Shown piece after piece: positions 40,965-52,965 of a stretch of 64,000 bases of DNA. The stretch comes from Strigamia acuminata (Eukaryota): assembly GCA_949358305.1 (NCBI GenBank), contig OX442314.1:2914001-2978000 (forward strand), in the 5' to 3' direction. The notes below the pieces were generated by a model, which was given only the letters and a program-made list of their open reading frames with translations, was not told where the DNA came from and made no database searches. A program made the translations under genes and the position numbers. Each line of letters opens with the position of its first letter. Within the stretch, counting starts at the first letter, position 1.

Positions 40965-42787
40965 ATGGCTGCAGCACGAACAACGAACGGTATTAGAAAC
41001 ATTTGGACAAGGCATACGCACCTCAAGGTAAGGAAAACACCGTTTTAGCACTTCTCGAGAGAGATACGAAACCGGTACTGTATATTTTTGCTCAAGAAAA
41101 TGGTAAATAAAAAGTTAAATCCTATTTGGCACATTTTGTTTCGATCGGGGCCCCAAAAAATGGCTTTGAAATGACATGTTCGCAACATTTCTAAGCAAAA
41201 CAAATGCATTTGCAGGCGGGCAAATGCATTTGCATGGGAAATAAATTTATTTTGAGCTTGGAAAAATGTGTTTTCACGCAAAATGATGCATTTGTATGTG
41301 AAATAATTTTATTTTGAGCTGAAAAAATGTGTTTTTACGCAAAACAAAGCATTTGCATGGAAAATAATTTTATTTTGAGTTGAAAAAATAGTGTTTTCAC
41401 GCAAAACAATGCATTTGTATGGGAAATAATTTTATTTTGAGCCGAAAAAAATGTGTTTTTATGCAAAACAGTGCATTTGTATGGGAAATAATTTTATTTT
41501 GGGCCAAAAAAAATGTGTTTTTATGCAAAACAATGCATTTTCAGACAATTTCAAAATTAAAAAGTTGAAGAAATTTAAATCTTGTATTTGCATTTAGGAA
41601 GCCAGAGCCTGCGTCGCCTGACTCCGTACGAGAAACACTTTTTAGCCAAACGCCTCCCGTTGAACTTCCCCATCACCACCGCCATCAGGTTCGTGACGGA
41701 CGACATCTACTGGCAAAAACGATGCCTCAACCTGTGGGAGATCTGCGACTTGACGCGCTACTACGGCTCCTGGAAAGTGATGTGTCTGCAACGCACCATC
41801 GAGCAGCTCATCGAGGAATACGTGTCGGACGGCGCCGAGGAACAGCTCAAACAGCTCAAATCGCTCATCGTGGCCGCCAACAAGTTCATCAAACGCCTCA
41901 CCGTCGGCCACCTCAACGCCGTGTCCACCATCGACGAAGCCAAGCGACTGACGCAGGAAGAATACCGGCTGAGCTTCGAGTCCATCTTGGCCAACCTGCC
42001 GCACTTGGAGGAGCTCAGCGTGACGTATTGCCCGAACAAATGCGGCCAGGACTTCGACTGGTTCATGTCGCGACTCACGTACGACGAGGTCAAGTCGCTG
42101 AGCGCCGCCATCATGCCGTGCTACAACCTGCGCGTGTTTGAGCTGCACAAGAGCGAGCTGGACTGCGTCAAGATCAATTTGCTCATCCAGGGCTTGATGC
42201 ATTTGCCGGCGCTCGAGTCGTTGCTGCTGCCGCACAACTTGATCGGCGACAAGGGCGCCTTTTGCATCGCCAAACTGCTCTCGTCGTCGCCGAAGCTCGC
42301 CCGCTTGAACCTCACGAACAATCAGATCGGGCCGGTCGGCGCCGAGGCGATCGCGTTTGTGCTCACAAAGAATAACTCGTTGAAGGAACTCGGGCTGCGA
42401 CTGAATACGCTGCAGGAGAAGGGCTGCACGGCCCTGCTGCGCGCCATGGCCGTGAACAAGGGGCTGCAGAAGCTGAATTTGGCGTCGAATCAGATGGGGG
42501 AGAAGTCGGCCGAGATTGCCGGCCAAATACTCCGGTTTAATCGCACGCTCACGGAACTGGATTTCTCCTGCAATCTCGATATAGGAATGGTAATTGATTA
42601 ATTTAAAAATTTAAAAATTATTAAATGTTTTTTTAACATTTCCAAGGTGGGTGGTGTGGACATTTTCGAAGGACTCGAGAAGAACAGCACGCTCGTCGAG
42701 ATGGATTTGCGCTGGTGCAATTGCGGCCGCGAAACTGAATATTACGTTGATCAGCTTTTGAAGAACAACCGCAATAAATGTCATTGA
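40965..42787 (+). CDS. TCTE1: TCTE1/DRC5-like gene, copy 12 (Ser variant; EIAGQ instead of EIGGQ)
   Basis: Same structure; ORF 41582-42601 intact, with a few substitutions, some shared with copy 13. Confidence 0.88.
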
Positions 42788-44400
42788 AAAAAAAAAACAC
42801 AAAGAAAGAAATAAAGAAAAATCAAAATTTGTCTCTCCAATTTTTCTGTGCATTTATTTGTTTCGTTTTTAGGCCAAAAAATTCACTTTAAGGCCAAAAA
42901 AACTCACTTTTAGGCAAAAAAAAACCTCACAAAAAATAAATTTTTAGACAAGTCTGAAAATGTATTTTTTTTTGTCTGAAAATGCATTTTTTTTTGTCTG
43001 AAAATGCATTTTTTTTTGTCTGAAAATGCATTTTATTTGTCTGAAAATGATTGTGCAATCACATTCTTACAATCAAAAATGCGTTTTGTAACAAACGTTA
43101 CGTTACGTCACGTCACTTCACGGGCACGTTAGTTTAAGGGCACATTAGGTTAAGGGCACATTAGGTTAAGGGCACATTAGGTTAGGTTAAGGCCCGTTAG
43201 GTTAAGGGCACATTAGGTTAGGTCAAGGCACGTTAGGTTAAGGGCACGTTAGGTTAGGTTAAGGCACGTTAGGTTAAGGGCACATTGGGTTAGGTTAAGG
43301 CACGTTAGGTTAGGTTAAGGCACGTTAGGTTAAGGGCACATTAGATTACGATTTTGTTCAAAAAGTCAAAATTTATCAAAAAAATTGATAATTTGGCCGA
43401 CATTTATCAAAAAAATTGATAATTCGGCCGACATTTATCAAAAAAATTGATAATTCGGCCGACATTTATCAAAAAAATTTTGAATTTGGTCAAAATTTAT
43501 TTATTTATTCCAAAAACTGAGTATTTGGTCAAAATTTATTTATTCCAAAAATTGAGTATTTGGTCAAAATTTATGTATCAAAAAAATTTTGAATTTGGTC
43601 AAAATTTATTTATTCCAAAAAGTGAGTATTGGGTCAAAATTTATTTATTCATTCAAAAAATTGAGAATTTGGTCAAAATTTATTTATTTATTCATTCAAA
43701 AAATTGAGAATTTGGTCAAAATTCGGAGGAAATTTACAAAACAGTTTAAAATTTACAAAAACCGTTTGAAATTTTATCAATGTCATCAAAAATCGCAATT
43801 CATCAAAATCTTATCTCAAAACACTCGAAATTGAGCAATAAAATTGAGAATTTGGTCAAAATTAAACAAATTCGGAAAAAATTTGCAAAAACCGTTTGAA
43901 ATTCGTTCGCAATTCATCCAAAAAATGAAGAATTTGGTCTCAAATTTGAGGAATAATTATTCGAAAATTCAAAGAAATTGAGAATGTGGTCAAATATTAC
44001 TCAAAAATAATCAAAACAACATTCAAATTCAAATTCAAGTTGGTGTTTATTAACAGTCAATACAACTTAACCGACGGCAGAATTCACTCGTTGTTTCAAA
44101 CCAATTCAAAGTACAATCCGATTCGTTCGTTGAAATCACGAAATTCGACAAAATGGCTCCTCGCCTCGCCTCGCCTCGCCTCGCTCGAGCTCTTCACCCG
44201 ATCAGCTCATATCATGTAATGGCACCATCCTGTGCTCACAACAACCTTAAATACACTACACTATATATACCTAGGTATATACAGACCTATACTTATATAA
44301 TAATATACACTTTTATACCGAACTACAAAAAAGTAGGCTTAACAACAACATGCATTTCAATGGGAATCTGGGAACAAGTAGCGAATGTGACGTTTTTAAT

Positions 44401-46944
44401 GGGACAGGATAATTTGCGGAACCGCGGAACTGGCGGAACAGGCGGAACCGATGGGTTTGTGGAAAACCCGGTATCGCCAATTCTGTGGAAACGGCGGAAC
44501 GGCGGAACTAGATTGTTTCATTGCCAAATTCCGCTGAACAAGCTGAAATATTGTAATCAAAATATCAAAATTAAACAAAAGTTTAATTAAATAGAAATAA
44601 CCAAAAACAAAAATAAATAAAAATCAACAAAAATAAAAATAAATAAAAATCAACAAAAATAAAAATAAATAAAAATAACCCAAAATAAAAGTACGATTGA
44701 AGTTTTGATACTAAATAATCTTATTTATTTATCATTTTATCACGAGTTTTGTGCCTAAAAAATTAGATTTTACGCCCAACTTTTGTTTTTTACAATAAAA
44801 ATGGTTTTTCCGTTTGATAAATTCGTTTTACACCGATGCAAATTAATTAATTGAGACAAAAAATTGATTTTGGCCAAAAAAATGAATTTTTGGCCAAAAA
44901 AATGAATTTTTGGCCAAAAAAATGAATTTTTGGCCAAAAAAATGAATTTTTGGCCAAAAAAATGAATTTTTGGCCAAAAAAATGAATTTTTGACCAAAAA
45001 ATTCATTTGTGGTTCGAAAAAGGGTTTTTTGAGTCAGAAAATTGATTTTTGAGTCAAAAAATTCAATTTTGACTGAAAAAACTTAAATTTTGACAGAAAA
45101 AAATTAAATTTTGACAGAAAAAAATTAAATTTTGACAGAAAAAAATTAAATTTTGACAGAAAAAAATTAAATTTTTACAGAAAAAAATTAAATTTTGACT
45201 CAAAAAATTGAATTTTGACAGAAAAAAATTAAATTTTGACTCAAAAAATTGAATTTTTTTACCAAAAATGAATTTTTTCACCAAAAATGAATTTTTTCAC
45301 CAAAAATGAAATTTTTCACCAAAAATGAAATTTTTCACCAAAAATGAAATTTTTCACCAAAAATAAAATTTTTCACCAAAAATGAAATTTTTCACCAAAA
45401 ATGAAATTTTTCACCAAAAATGAAATTTTTCACCAAAAATGAAATTTTTCACCAAAAATAAAATTTTTCACCAAAAATGAAATTTTTCTCCAAAAATGAA
45501 ATTTTTCACCAAAAATGAAATTTTTCACCAAAAATGAAATTTTTCACCAAAAATGAAATTTTTCACCAAAAATGAAATTTTTCACCAAAAATGAAATTTT
45601 TCACCAAAAATGAAATTTTTCACCAAAAATGAAATTTTTCACCAAAAATGAAATTTTTCACCAAAAATCAATTTTTTTGCCAAAATCAATTTTTAGTCTC
45701 AATTAATAAATTTGCATCGGTTTAAAACGAATTTATCAAACGGAAAAACTATTTTTATTGAAAAAAACGAAAGTTAGGCATAAAATCTAATTTTTTAGGC
45801 ACAAAACTCGTGATAAAATGATAAATAAATAAGATTATTTAGTATCAAAACTTCAATCGTACTTTTATTTTGGGTTATTTTTATTTATTTTTATTTTTAT
45901 TGATTTTTATTTATTTTTGTTTTTGGTAATTTTTATTTAATTAAACTTTTGTTTAATTTTGATATTTTTTTGGCCTGATCACAATATTTCAGCTTGTTCA
46001 GCGGAATTTGGCAATGAAACAATCTAGTTCCACCGTTCCGTCGTTTCCACAGAATCGCCAATTCTGCGGAAACGGCGGAACGGCTGAACAATAGCTATGG
46101 AGGTCAGGCAAAAATTAATTAAAATTAAAAATTAAAATTTACAAAAGCAATCTTACAAAATTACAAATTCCAAGGTAACGAGTTGGATATTCTTTGTTTT
46201 CGATGTTTTTGTTTCAATTTGATAAGTTATGACTAATTTGATACATCAATTTAAATGCCCTACCAAAAGCCCCAAAATCCAAAATTCAGAACTGATTTGT
46301 TGAAAATATTTTAACACTTAATGTGAAAAACTCCCCATGACATCCAGCAGTTATAGTCTCAGTGAAATTAATCAACTACGAGTATTTTGTAAGGTTTAAA
46401 AAAAAATAACAAGAACTACATAAAATTTATCTACTTGCAACTGCAAAAAGATTTACAACTTTTTAAAATTAGCTTAACACGTAATTACGGTTGCTTTTTT
46501 AAAAAAAATTTAACGTAAAAAGCTTAAAAAATTAGGCGTTTAAACGAAATCAATTTCAAACATGAGCTCAGTGTGAATATGGCATTCTCTAATAAATGAT
46601 TTATTCCTAGCAATTAGTATCTATCTGTTTAATGGGAGATTTTTTACAACATAGTGGTACATTGTTTTTTTCAAATCAAGAAAAATTAATACATTAAAAC
46701 AAAACCCACTCGTTTATTTATTTTATTTTTTTGTTCTAATATATATTTTTATATATATTTCTACGTGCCAGTATCCAACCACGAACACAACAGTAATTTA
46801 CAAATTTTATTTTCTCCCGATCAGCTTGTTCAGCTTGTTCCGCCGTTCCGCCGTTTCCGCAGAATTGGCGATTCCAGGTTTTCCTCAAACCCATCGGTTC
46901 CGCCTGTTCCGCCAGTTCCGCGGTTCCGCAAATTATCCTGTCCC
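44401..46944. mobile_element. Non-autonomous DNA transposon with long TIRs and an internal foldback; 8-bp TSD
   Basis: Left end GGGACAGGATAATTTGCGGAACCGCGGAACTGGCGG and right end ...CCGCCAGTTCCGCGGTTCCGCAAATTATCCTGTCCC, flanked on both sides by TTTTTAAT (44393-44400; 46945-46952). No transposase ORF. GG termini with an 8-bp TSD fit Merlin or Mutator-like families; superfamily uncertain. Confidence 0.88.
44860..45690. repeat. Short tandem repeats (about 19-21 bp) in the centre of the foldback element
   Basis: (tggccaaaaaaatgaatttt)n, (aaattttgacagaaaaaaatt)n and (caccaaaaatgaaattttt)n. Confidence 0.9.
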
Positions 46945-48549
46945 TTTTTAATCGAGCTCCGAGATCACAGATCAGCTTTGAGAATAACAACCAGTTAAAA
47001 TCGTTACAATTTTCAAATTTTCAAACTCTATCAACCAATAGGACGAACGTTTCTAATTCCAACTTTCCTCTCTCGCCTACAACCGATCGACCGCAAATCA
47101 AGAAAATCGCCATGGCTGCAGCACGAACAACGAACGGTATTAGAAACATTTGGACAAGGCATACGCACCTCAAGGTAAGGAAAACACCGTTTTAGCACTT
47201 CTCGAGAGAGATACTATACCGGTACTGTATATTTTTGCTCAAGAAAATGGTAAATAAAAAGTTAAATCCTATTTGGCACATTTTGTTTCGATCGGGGCCC
47301 CAAAAAATGGCTTTGAAATGACATGTTCGCAACATTTCTAAGCAAAACAAATGCATTTGCAAGCGGGGAAATGCATTTGCATGGGAAATAAATTTATTTT
47401 GAGCTTGGAAAAATGTGTTTTCACGCAAAACAATGCATTTTTAGGGGAAATAAATTTATTTTGAGCCGGAAAAAATGTGTTTTTAAGCAAAACAACGCAT
47501 TTGTATGGGAAATAATTTTATTTTGAGCCGAAAAAATAATGTGTTTTTAAGCAAAACAATGCATATTTAGGGGAAATAATTTTATTTTGAGCCGAAAAAA
47601 TAATGTGTTTTTATTTTCACAATTTCAAAATTAAAAAATTGAAGAAAATGAAATCTTCTAATTGTATTTGCATTTAGGAAGCCAGAGCCTGCGTCGCCTG
47701 ACTCCGTACGAGAAACACTTTTTAGCCAAACGCCTCCCGTTGAACTTCCCCATCACCACCGCCATCAGGTTCGTGACGGACGACATCTACTGGCAAAAAC
47801 GATGCCTCAACCTGTGGGAGATCTGCGACCTGACGCGCTACTACGGCTCCTGGAAAGTGATGTGCCTGCAACGCACCATCGAGCAGCTCATCGAGGAATA
47901 CGTGCCGGACGGTGCCGAGGAACAGCTCAAACAGCTCAGATCGCTCATCGTGGCCGCCAACAAATTCATCAAACGCCTCACCGTCGGCCACCTCAACGCG
48001 GTGGCCACCATCGACGAAGCCAAGCGACTGACGCAGGAAGAATACCGGCTGAGCTTCGAGTCCATCTTGGCCAACCTGCCGCACTTGGAGGAGCTCAGCG
48101 TGACATATTGCCCGAACAAATGCGGCCAGGACTTCGACTGGTTCATGTCGCGACTCACGTACGACGAGGTCAAGTCGCTGAGCGCCGCCATCATGCCGTG
48201 CTACAACCTGCGCGTGTTTGAGCTGCACAAGAGCGAGCTGGACTGCATCAAGATTAATTTGCTCATCCAGGGCCTGATGCATTTGCCGGCGCTCGAGTCG
48301 TTGCTGCTGCCGCACAACTTGATCGGCGACAAGGGCGCCTTTTGCATCGCCAAATTGCTCTCGTCGTCGCCCAAGCTCGCCCGCTTGAACCTCACGAACA
48401 ATCAGATCGGGCCGGTCGGCGCCGAGGCGATCGCGTTTGTGCTCACAAAGAATAACTCGTTGAAGGAACTCGGGCTGCGGCTGAATACGCTGCAGGAGAA
48501 GGGCTGCACGGCCCTGCTGCGCGCCATGGCCGTGAATAAGGGGCTGCAG

Positions 48550-48887
48550 TGTTGGATATTGTAAACCTCTTGTATACATATTTATGTCGTCTCATCAAGC
48601 GACACTGTTGTTTACCATTGTTAATCTTAACCGATCATGTATTCTTATTTGCACTTACCTGCACGACTGGCTGCAGTACTATTTGTATCATGTTGACATT
48701 TATTACTTTGTATTTCATCCACAAGGTGGCTCTGTATACCTGTGGGTCATGTGACTGCAGAGAATAAACTCACTCCATGTTCTGATTCTCAACTGATGGC
48801 ATCCCAAGTCATTTCTCCTCACAACATGTTTTTCCAAGTCACTGCACAATTCTGCAGCTTGTATTAATAGAAAGCTGTTCCACAACA
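48550..48887 (+). repeat. 5' LTR of Copia element
   Basis: TGTTGG...CACAACA; direct repeat of 54664-55001. Confidence 0.96.
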
Positions 48888-51407
48888 AGGTTATGGGCCG
48901 ATGTAACGTTGGAAAAACGTTTGGAGTGATTTTGGAAGTTTTTCCATCATTTGGAGGTCAGCAGTGAAGTTTTTCCTCCAAATCCAAGATGGCGGCGCCC
49001 ATGGAGGAAAATGTCAGCTTGTGTTTGTGCCGAGAATCAACGGTTTTGGAAGCCACAACTAGACATCCAACTACACAGGAACATTAATCGGGTTCGAACA
49101 GTATTAAACAATTTATTTACGAGTTTGTTTTTCCGTTTTTCAGACGATTTTTCCCGTATTGCGAGGCGCAATACGTTTCGTCGACGTGACACTATTTTCG
49201 GGCGAGAAGACGTGGCGACGACGGTGATAAATTCCCAGCAACCACACGGGAAGTGTGAACGGGAATTTAAGCAAACGAAAACGGACAAAAAGGATTCCAA
49301 AACAAAGGAAGTTATTGGACAAATTGGGGTTATTTCCGGACGAAAATCGGCGTTTTCCACGTTTCTACAAGAGTTAGACGAGGACAGCATTTCTCGACAA
49401 CCACACGTGAAGTGTGAACGAGAATTCGAGACAGCGCACAACAACTGGAAATTTAATGAACAATTTGCCATATTTATCGACAATTATTCCATTTATTCGA
49501 TATTTTCTTTGACTATTGTATTGTTAGTTTAGTTATGTGCTAGGATCAATACTAACTTAGACATAAGAGCAAACTAACATCGCAACACTGCACCTTGTTG
49601 CGATTAACTAGTACAGAAAGTGTTTTTGGGGAAATAAGTGTGTGGATTCAGTGTTTTTCAAGTGGCGGACACTTAATTCGGAATGGATACGGACAAACCA
49701 GAAAGAAAGGTTACACTGCTGAACAGGACCAACTATGACAGCTGGAAACAGCAGATCAAAGTACTTTTGATGCATCACGGATGCTGGGCGTTTGCGGAAG
49801 GGACGGAGGAGGCTTTGGCACCTGGAGCATCTTGGCGCGACCGCTCGGACTTCAAGCTACGACAAGGAAGAGCTTTCAGCTTGATTTATTATTCGATAGA
49901 GGAGCAGTATCACGAATTGCTCAGCGGGGTCGACGACGCCAAGAAGGCTTGGAACACATTGAAAGCAAACTTCGAACCAGTTTCAAGAGCGCGGATAATT
50001 CGTCTGTTGGACGAATTTTTCAGTCTGAAATACGACCCAGCGACGGAAACAATCGGAGTCTTCGCAGCAAAGATTCGAAACGCGGCGAAGAAGCTCGCCG
50101 ACGTTAAACACAAATTGGAGGACTTATACCAAGCTTTTCAGTTAATTCGGTATCTGCCAGCAGAATATCAATCGATTGTCCAGGCGATTTACCGGTGGGA
50201 GGACGCGAATTTTACTTTGGAAAAGGTGGAAGTCGAATTGGTCGCGGAAGAAGGACGTTTGGCCCAACAACGAAGGGATTCGGGTCAGGGACCAATAGTG
50301 GACGCTTTTAGCATGGGCACGAGCGCCACGAACACCAAAACCAGCGATAATTCACAGCAACAAGGGAATACTGGCCAAAATAGTCGAGGAGGATATCAAG
50401 GCGGACAAAAGGGCGGAAGATCGAATTACCGCGGCGGCAAAAACACGAGGAATTTTAGAGGAAATGCAACCGGGTCACCAGGACGGGGGCCGTGTTTTCG
50501 CTGCAACAAACAAGGACATTGGGCGAGGGATTGTATAGTGCAACTCGCACCAAATAATTCGAACAACCAGTTGAACACAAATACCGCGGAAGAATTGGAC
50601 AATAACATGCTAGATGTCGGTTTCCTCACGGAATTAAGTCAGGAGGAGATGCTGCAATGCAGCACAGCCAACAACTGTTGGATTTATGACACCGGGGCCA
50701 CAGGACATTTCTGTAAGGACAGAAACCAATTCTTCAATTTCAAAGAGACAAGTGGAACAATAAGTCAAGCGGATAAAAAGACACTAATTCAGATCCAGGG
50801 CGTAGGGGATGTTTGCATAATGTGTTTGGTCGGAAGTGAGACAATTCCAATCACATTGAAGAAAGTTTACTACGCGCCAGATTTGAGACGGAATTTGTTA
50901 TCGGGGCCCTGCATCGACGAAGCCAGATGCAAAGTCGCCGTGGGTTCTGGACTTGTCAAAATTTATGATCCACAGTGGAAGAGGCAATTGATGGAGGGAG
51001 TGAAGAAGGATAGGCTCTACTACATCAAGTTGAGCGACCAAAAACCCGACTTTGACAAGTTAAGACAGAAGGAGAGCAACAAAGTTAATGTTGGTGAAGA
51101 AAAGCAACAAGGATCAATTACCTCAACCAAGAAGATGTCAAATCCAGAAGAAGCAAGACTTTGGCATGAGCGACTAGGGCACATTTACTTTCCAAGCGTG
51201 CAGGAAATGAGTAAAGGCGATGCAGTCGTTGGACTTCCTATTTTGGATGTGCCCATCACACAATGTGACGTTTGCGATTTAGCAAAGAAGAAATCTGTTT
51301 CACACAAGTCTATACCTGGGATCAGGTCGAAACAGCCACTGGAGCTCTTACACATGGACGTATGTGGAGCATTCAACACAGCAACTCTGTCGGGAAATAG
51401 GTATTTT

Positions 51408-51895
51408 TGTTGGTCTAAAGACCGTGTTTTTATCGATGAATATGTTTATTCTCTATTGATTTCGATGTTACCTTTTATTTAACGCTGTCCCGTATGTAAT
51501 TCCATACTTTTATCCCATTCTCATATGATTTATTCTATCACCAAGTGATTTGTTCTCAATGAATGCTAATTTCCGGCACCAGGGTGCCCTCATCTCTCTG
51601 TTATCTGAATCCAAGATGGCGACACACACAGCCGTGTGTGTCCTAGCTGATTTTCATCCAAAATTGGACACTTTTGTAAAGTATTATGTTTATATTAAAT
51701 TCTTTTTATTCTTTTAAACATTGTCGTTCATTTGGTGCACATTTCAGTGCATTTACAGTGCATATAAGCGACCTTACGTCGCGCACTTTGTTCGCACACG
51801 ATACGGATCGTATCGTCGCCGTCCGCGCGTGCAGCGCGGCTCCATTCACGCTTCCAATCGGTGATTACCGATATTTTGCGCATACCTCGGCTACA
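51408..51895 (-). mobile_element. Solo LTR (488 bp) of a different element, nested in the Copia integrase
   Basis: Begins TGTTGG and ends GCTACA, flanked by 5-bp ATTTT repeats (51403-51407; 51896-51900). Removal restores the integrase frame. Orientation is inferred only from minus-strand AATAAA motifs near 51445-51480. Confidence 0.85.
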
Positions 51896-52797
51896 ATTTT
51901 CTGACGATAACGGATGATTTTTCGCGTTACTCCACCGTCTACTTAATGAAGCACAAGGATGAAGTTTTCGATTTGTTCTGTAAACACGCGAAACGTATTG
52001 AGCGACTGTTGGGGAAGTCAATTCTAGCGATCCGAACAGACAATGGAATGGAGTTCTGTTCCAACAAATTTGGACAATATTTGGAAGAACAAGGGATCGC
52101 ACACGAACGCACAAACGCGTATACACCTGCCCAGAATGGAGTTTCGGAGAGACTCAACCAAACACTAGCGAATGGCATGCGAGCACTTGTATACGACGCG
52201 GGACTGGAACATCGATTCTGGGGTGAAGCTATCTTAACCTTCAATTACCTGAGAAACAGGATAGCCAAGTTAAAGTCAGATAAAACACCAATGGAACTTT
52301 ACTATGGTCGTAAGCCATCCTTACGCCATTTAAGAAAATTTGGAAGTTTGTGCTTTGTTCAAAAGAAAGTTCGAGACGGCAAGATAGACAACAAAGGCAT
52401 ACACGGAATAATGCTCGGATATTCCAGGGTCACAAAAGGATATAGAGTTTGGCTCCCGGAATTTTCTAAAGTCATTGAAACCAACAATGTCAAGTTCGTG
52501 GAAAGCAGGCGCGGAGTTGAAGGCGTGCTGGGCCTACCGGACAAGTATACGACGTATATTGACAGTTTGGACGATAATTTGGATAACAACAATGATCGTC
52601 AATATTATTCCGATGAGGATGTGAGGCCACCGCTACCCCCGCCAGCGCCAATAAAGAAGGAAGAGGAAGAGGAATTACCTCCAGTTAGACTGAAGTTCAG
52701 ACAGCCAGATGATGCGTTGCGACACAACTTGCCAGCAGTGAAGCAACCAAACATTTTGCAACAACCTGGACAGGTTTTTCCAAACCCAATTCCGAAC

Positions 52798-52965
52798 ATA
52801 CCAGCTCTCGTGTGGAAAAAGACCGAGAAGACAAGACCAACGGGTCAGAGGGACATTGAATATACCATCGAAGGATATGATAAGCCAAGATTGCGTTCCA
52901 TTCCGGAAGTGAAGCGCTACTGTGTTGAGCATAACCTTCGTCTCCCCGAACATTTGTTTGACGAC
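52798..52965 (+). other. Methyl-CpG-binding-domain (MBD)-like segment between integrase and RT
   Basis: IPALVWKKTEKTRPTGQRDIEYTIEGYDKPRLRSIPEVKRYC follows the MBD pattern LP.GW.+....R..G..D+YY....GK+LRS..E+.RY. Confidence 0.7.

Larger units (their letters stand above)
1..44392 (+). repeat. Tandem gene array: 12 near-identical ~3671-bp units, each with one DRC5/TCTE1-like gene; continues past left edge; a diverged 13th copy follows
   Basis: The 339-aa ORF recurs at 1223, 4872, 8543, 12214, 15885, 19556, 23227, 26898, 30569, 34240, 37911 and 41582 (period 3671; the first interval is 3649). All other small ORFs recur in register. Confidence 0.98.

Noticed and set aside
44770..45284. Phe/Lys-rich minus-strand ORFs
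   Set aside because: Translations of short tandem repeats inside the DNA element.
48951..49532. 193-aa ORF in the Copia leader
   Set aside because: Non-ATG start, no domain motifs, and it lies in the 5' untranslated region containing a short direct repeat.
51401..51900. Spliceosomal intron in the Copia integrase (AG|GTATTT)
   Set aside because: No in-frame AG acceptor at the right boundary; TG..CA ends with a 5-bp duplication fit an LTR insertion better.
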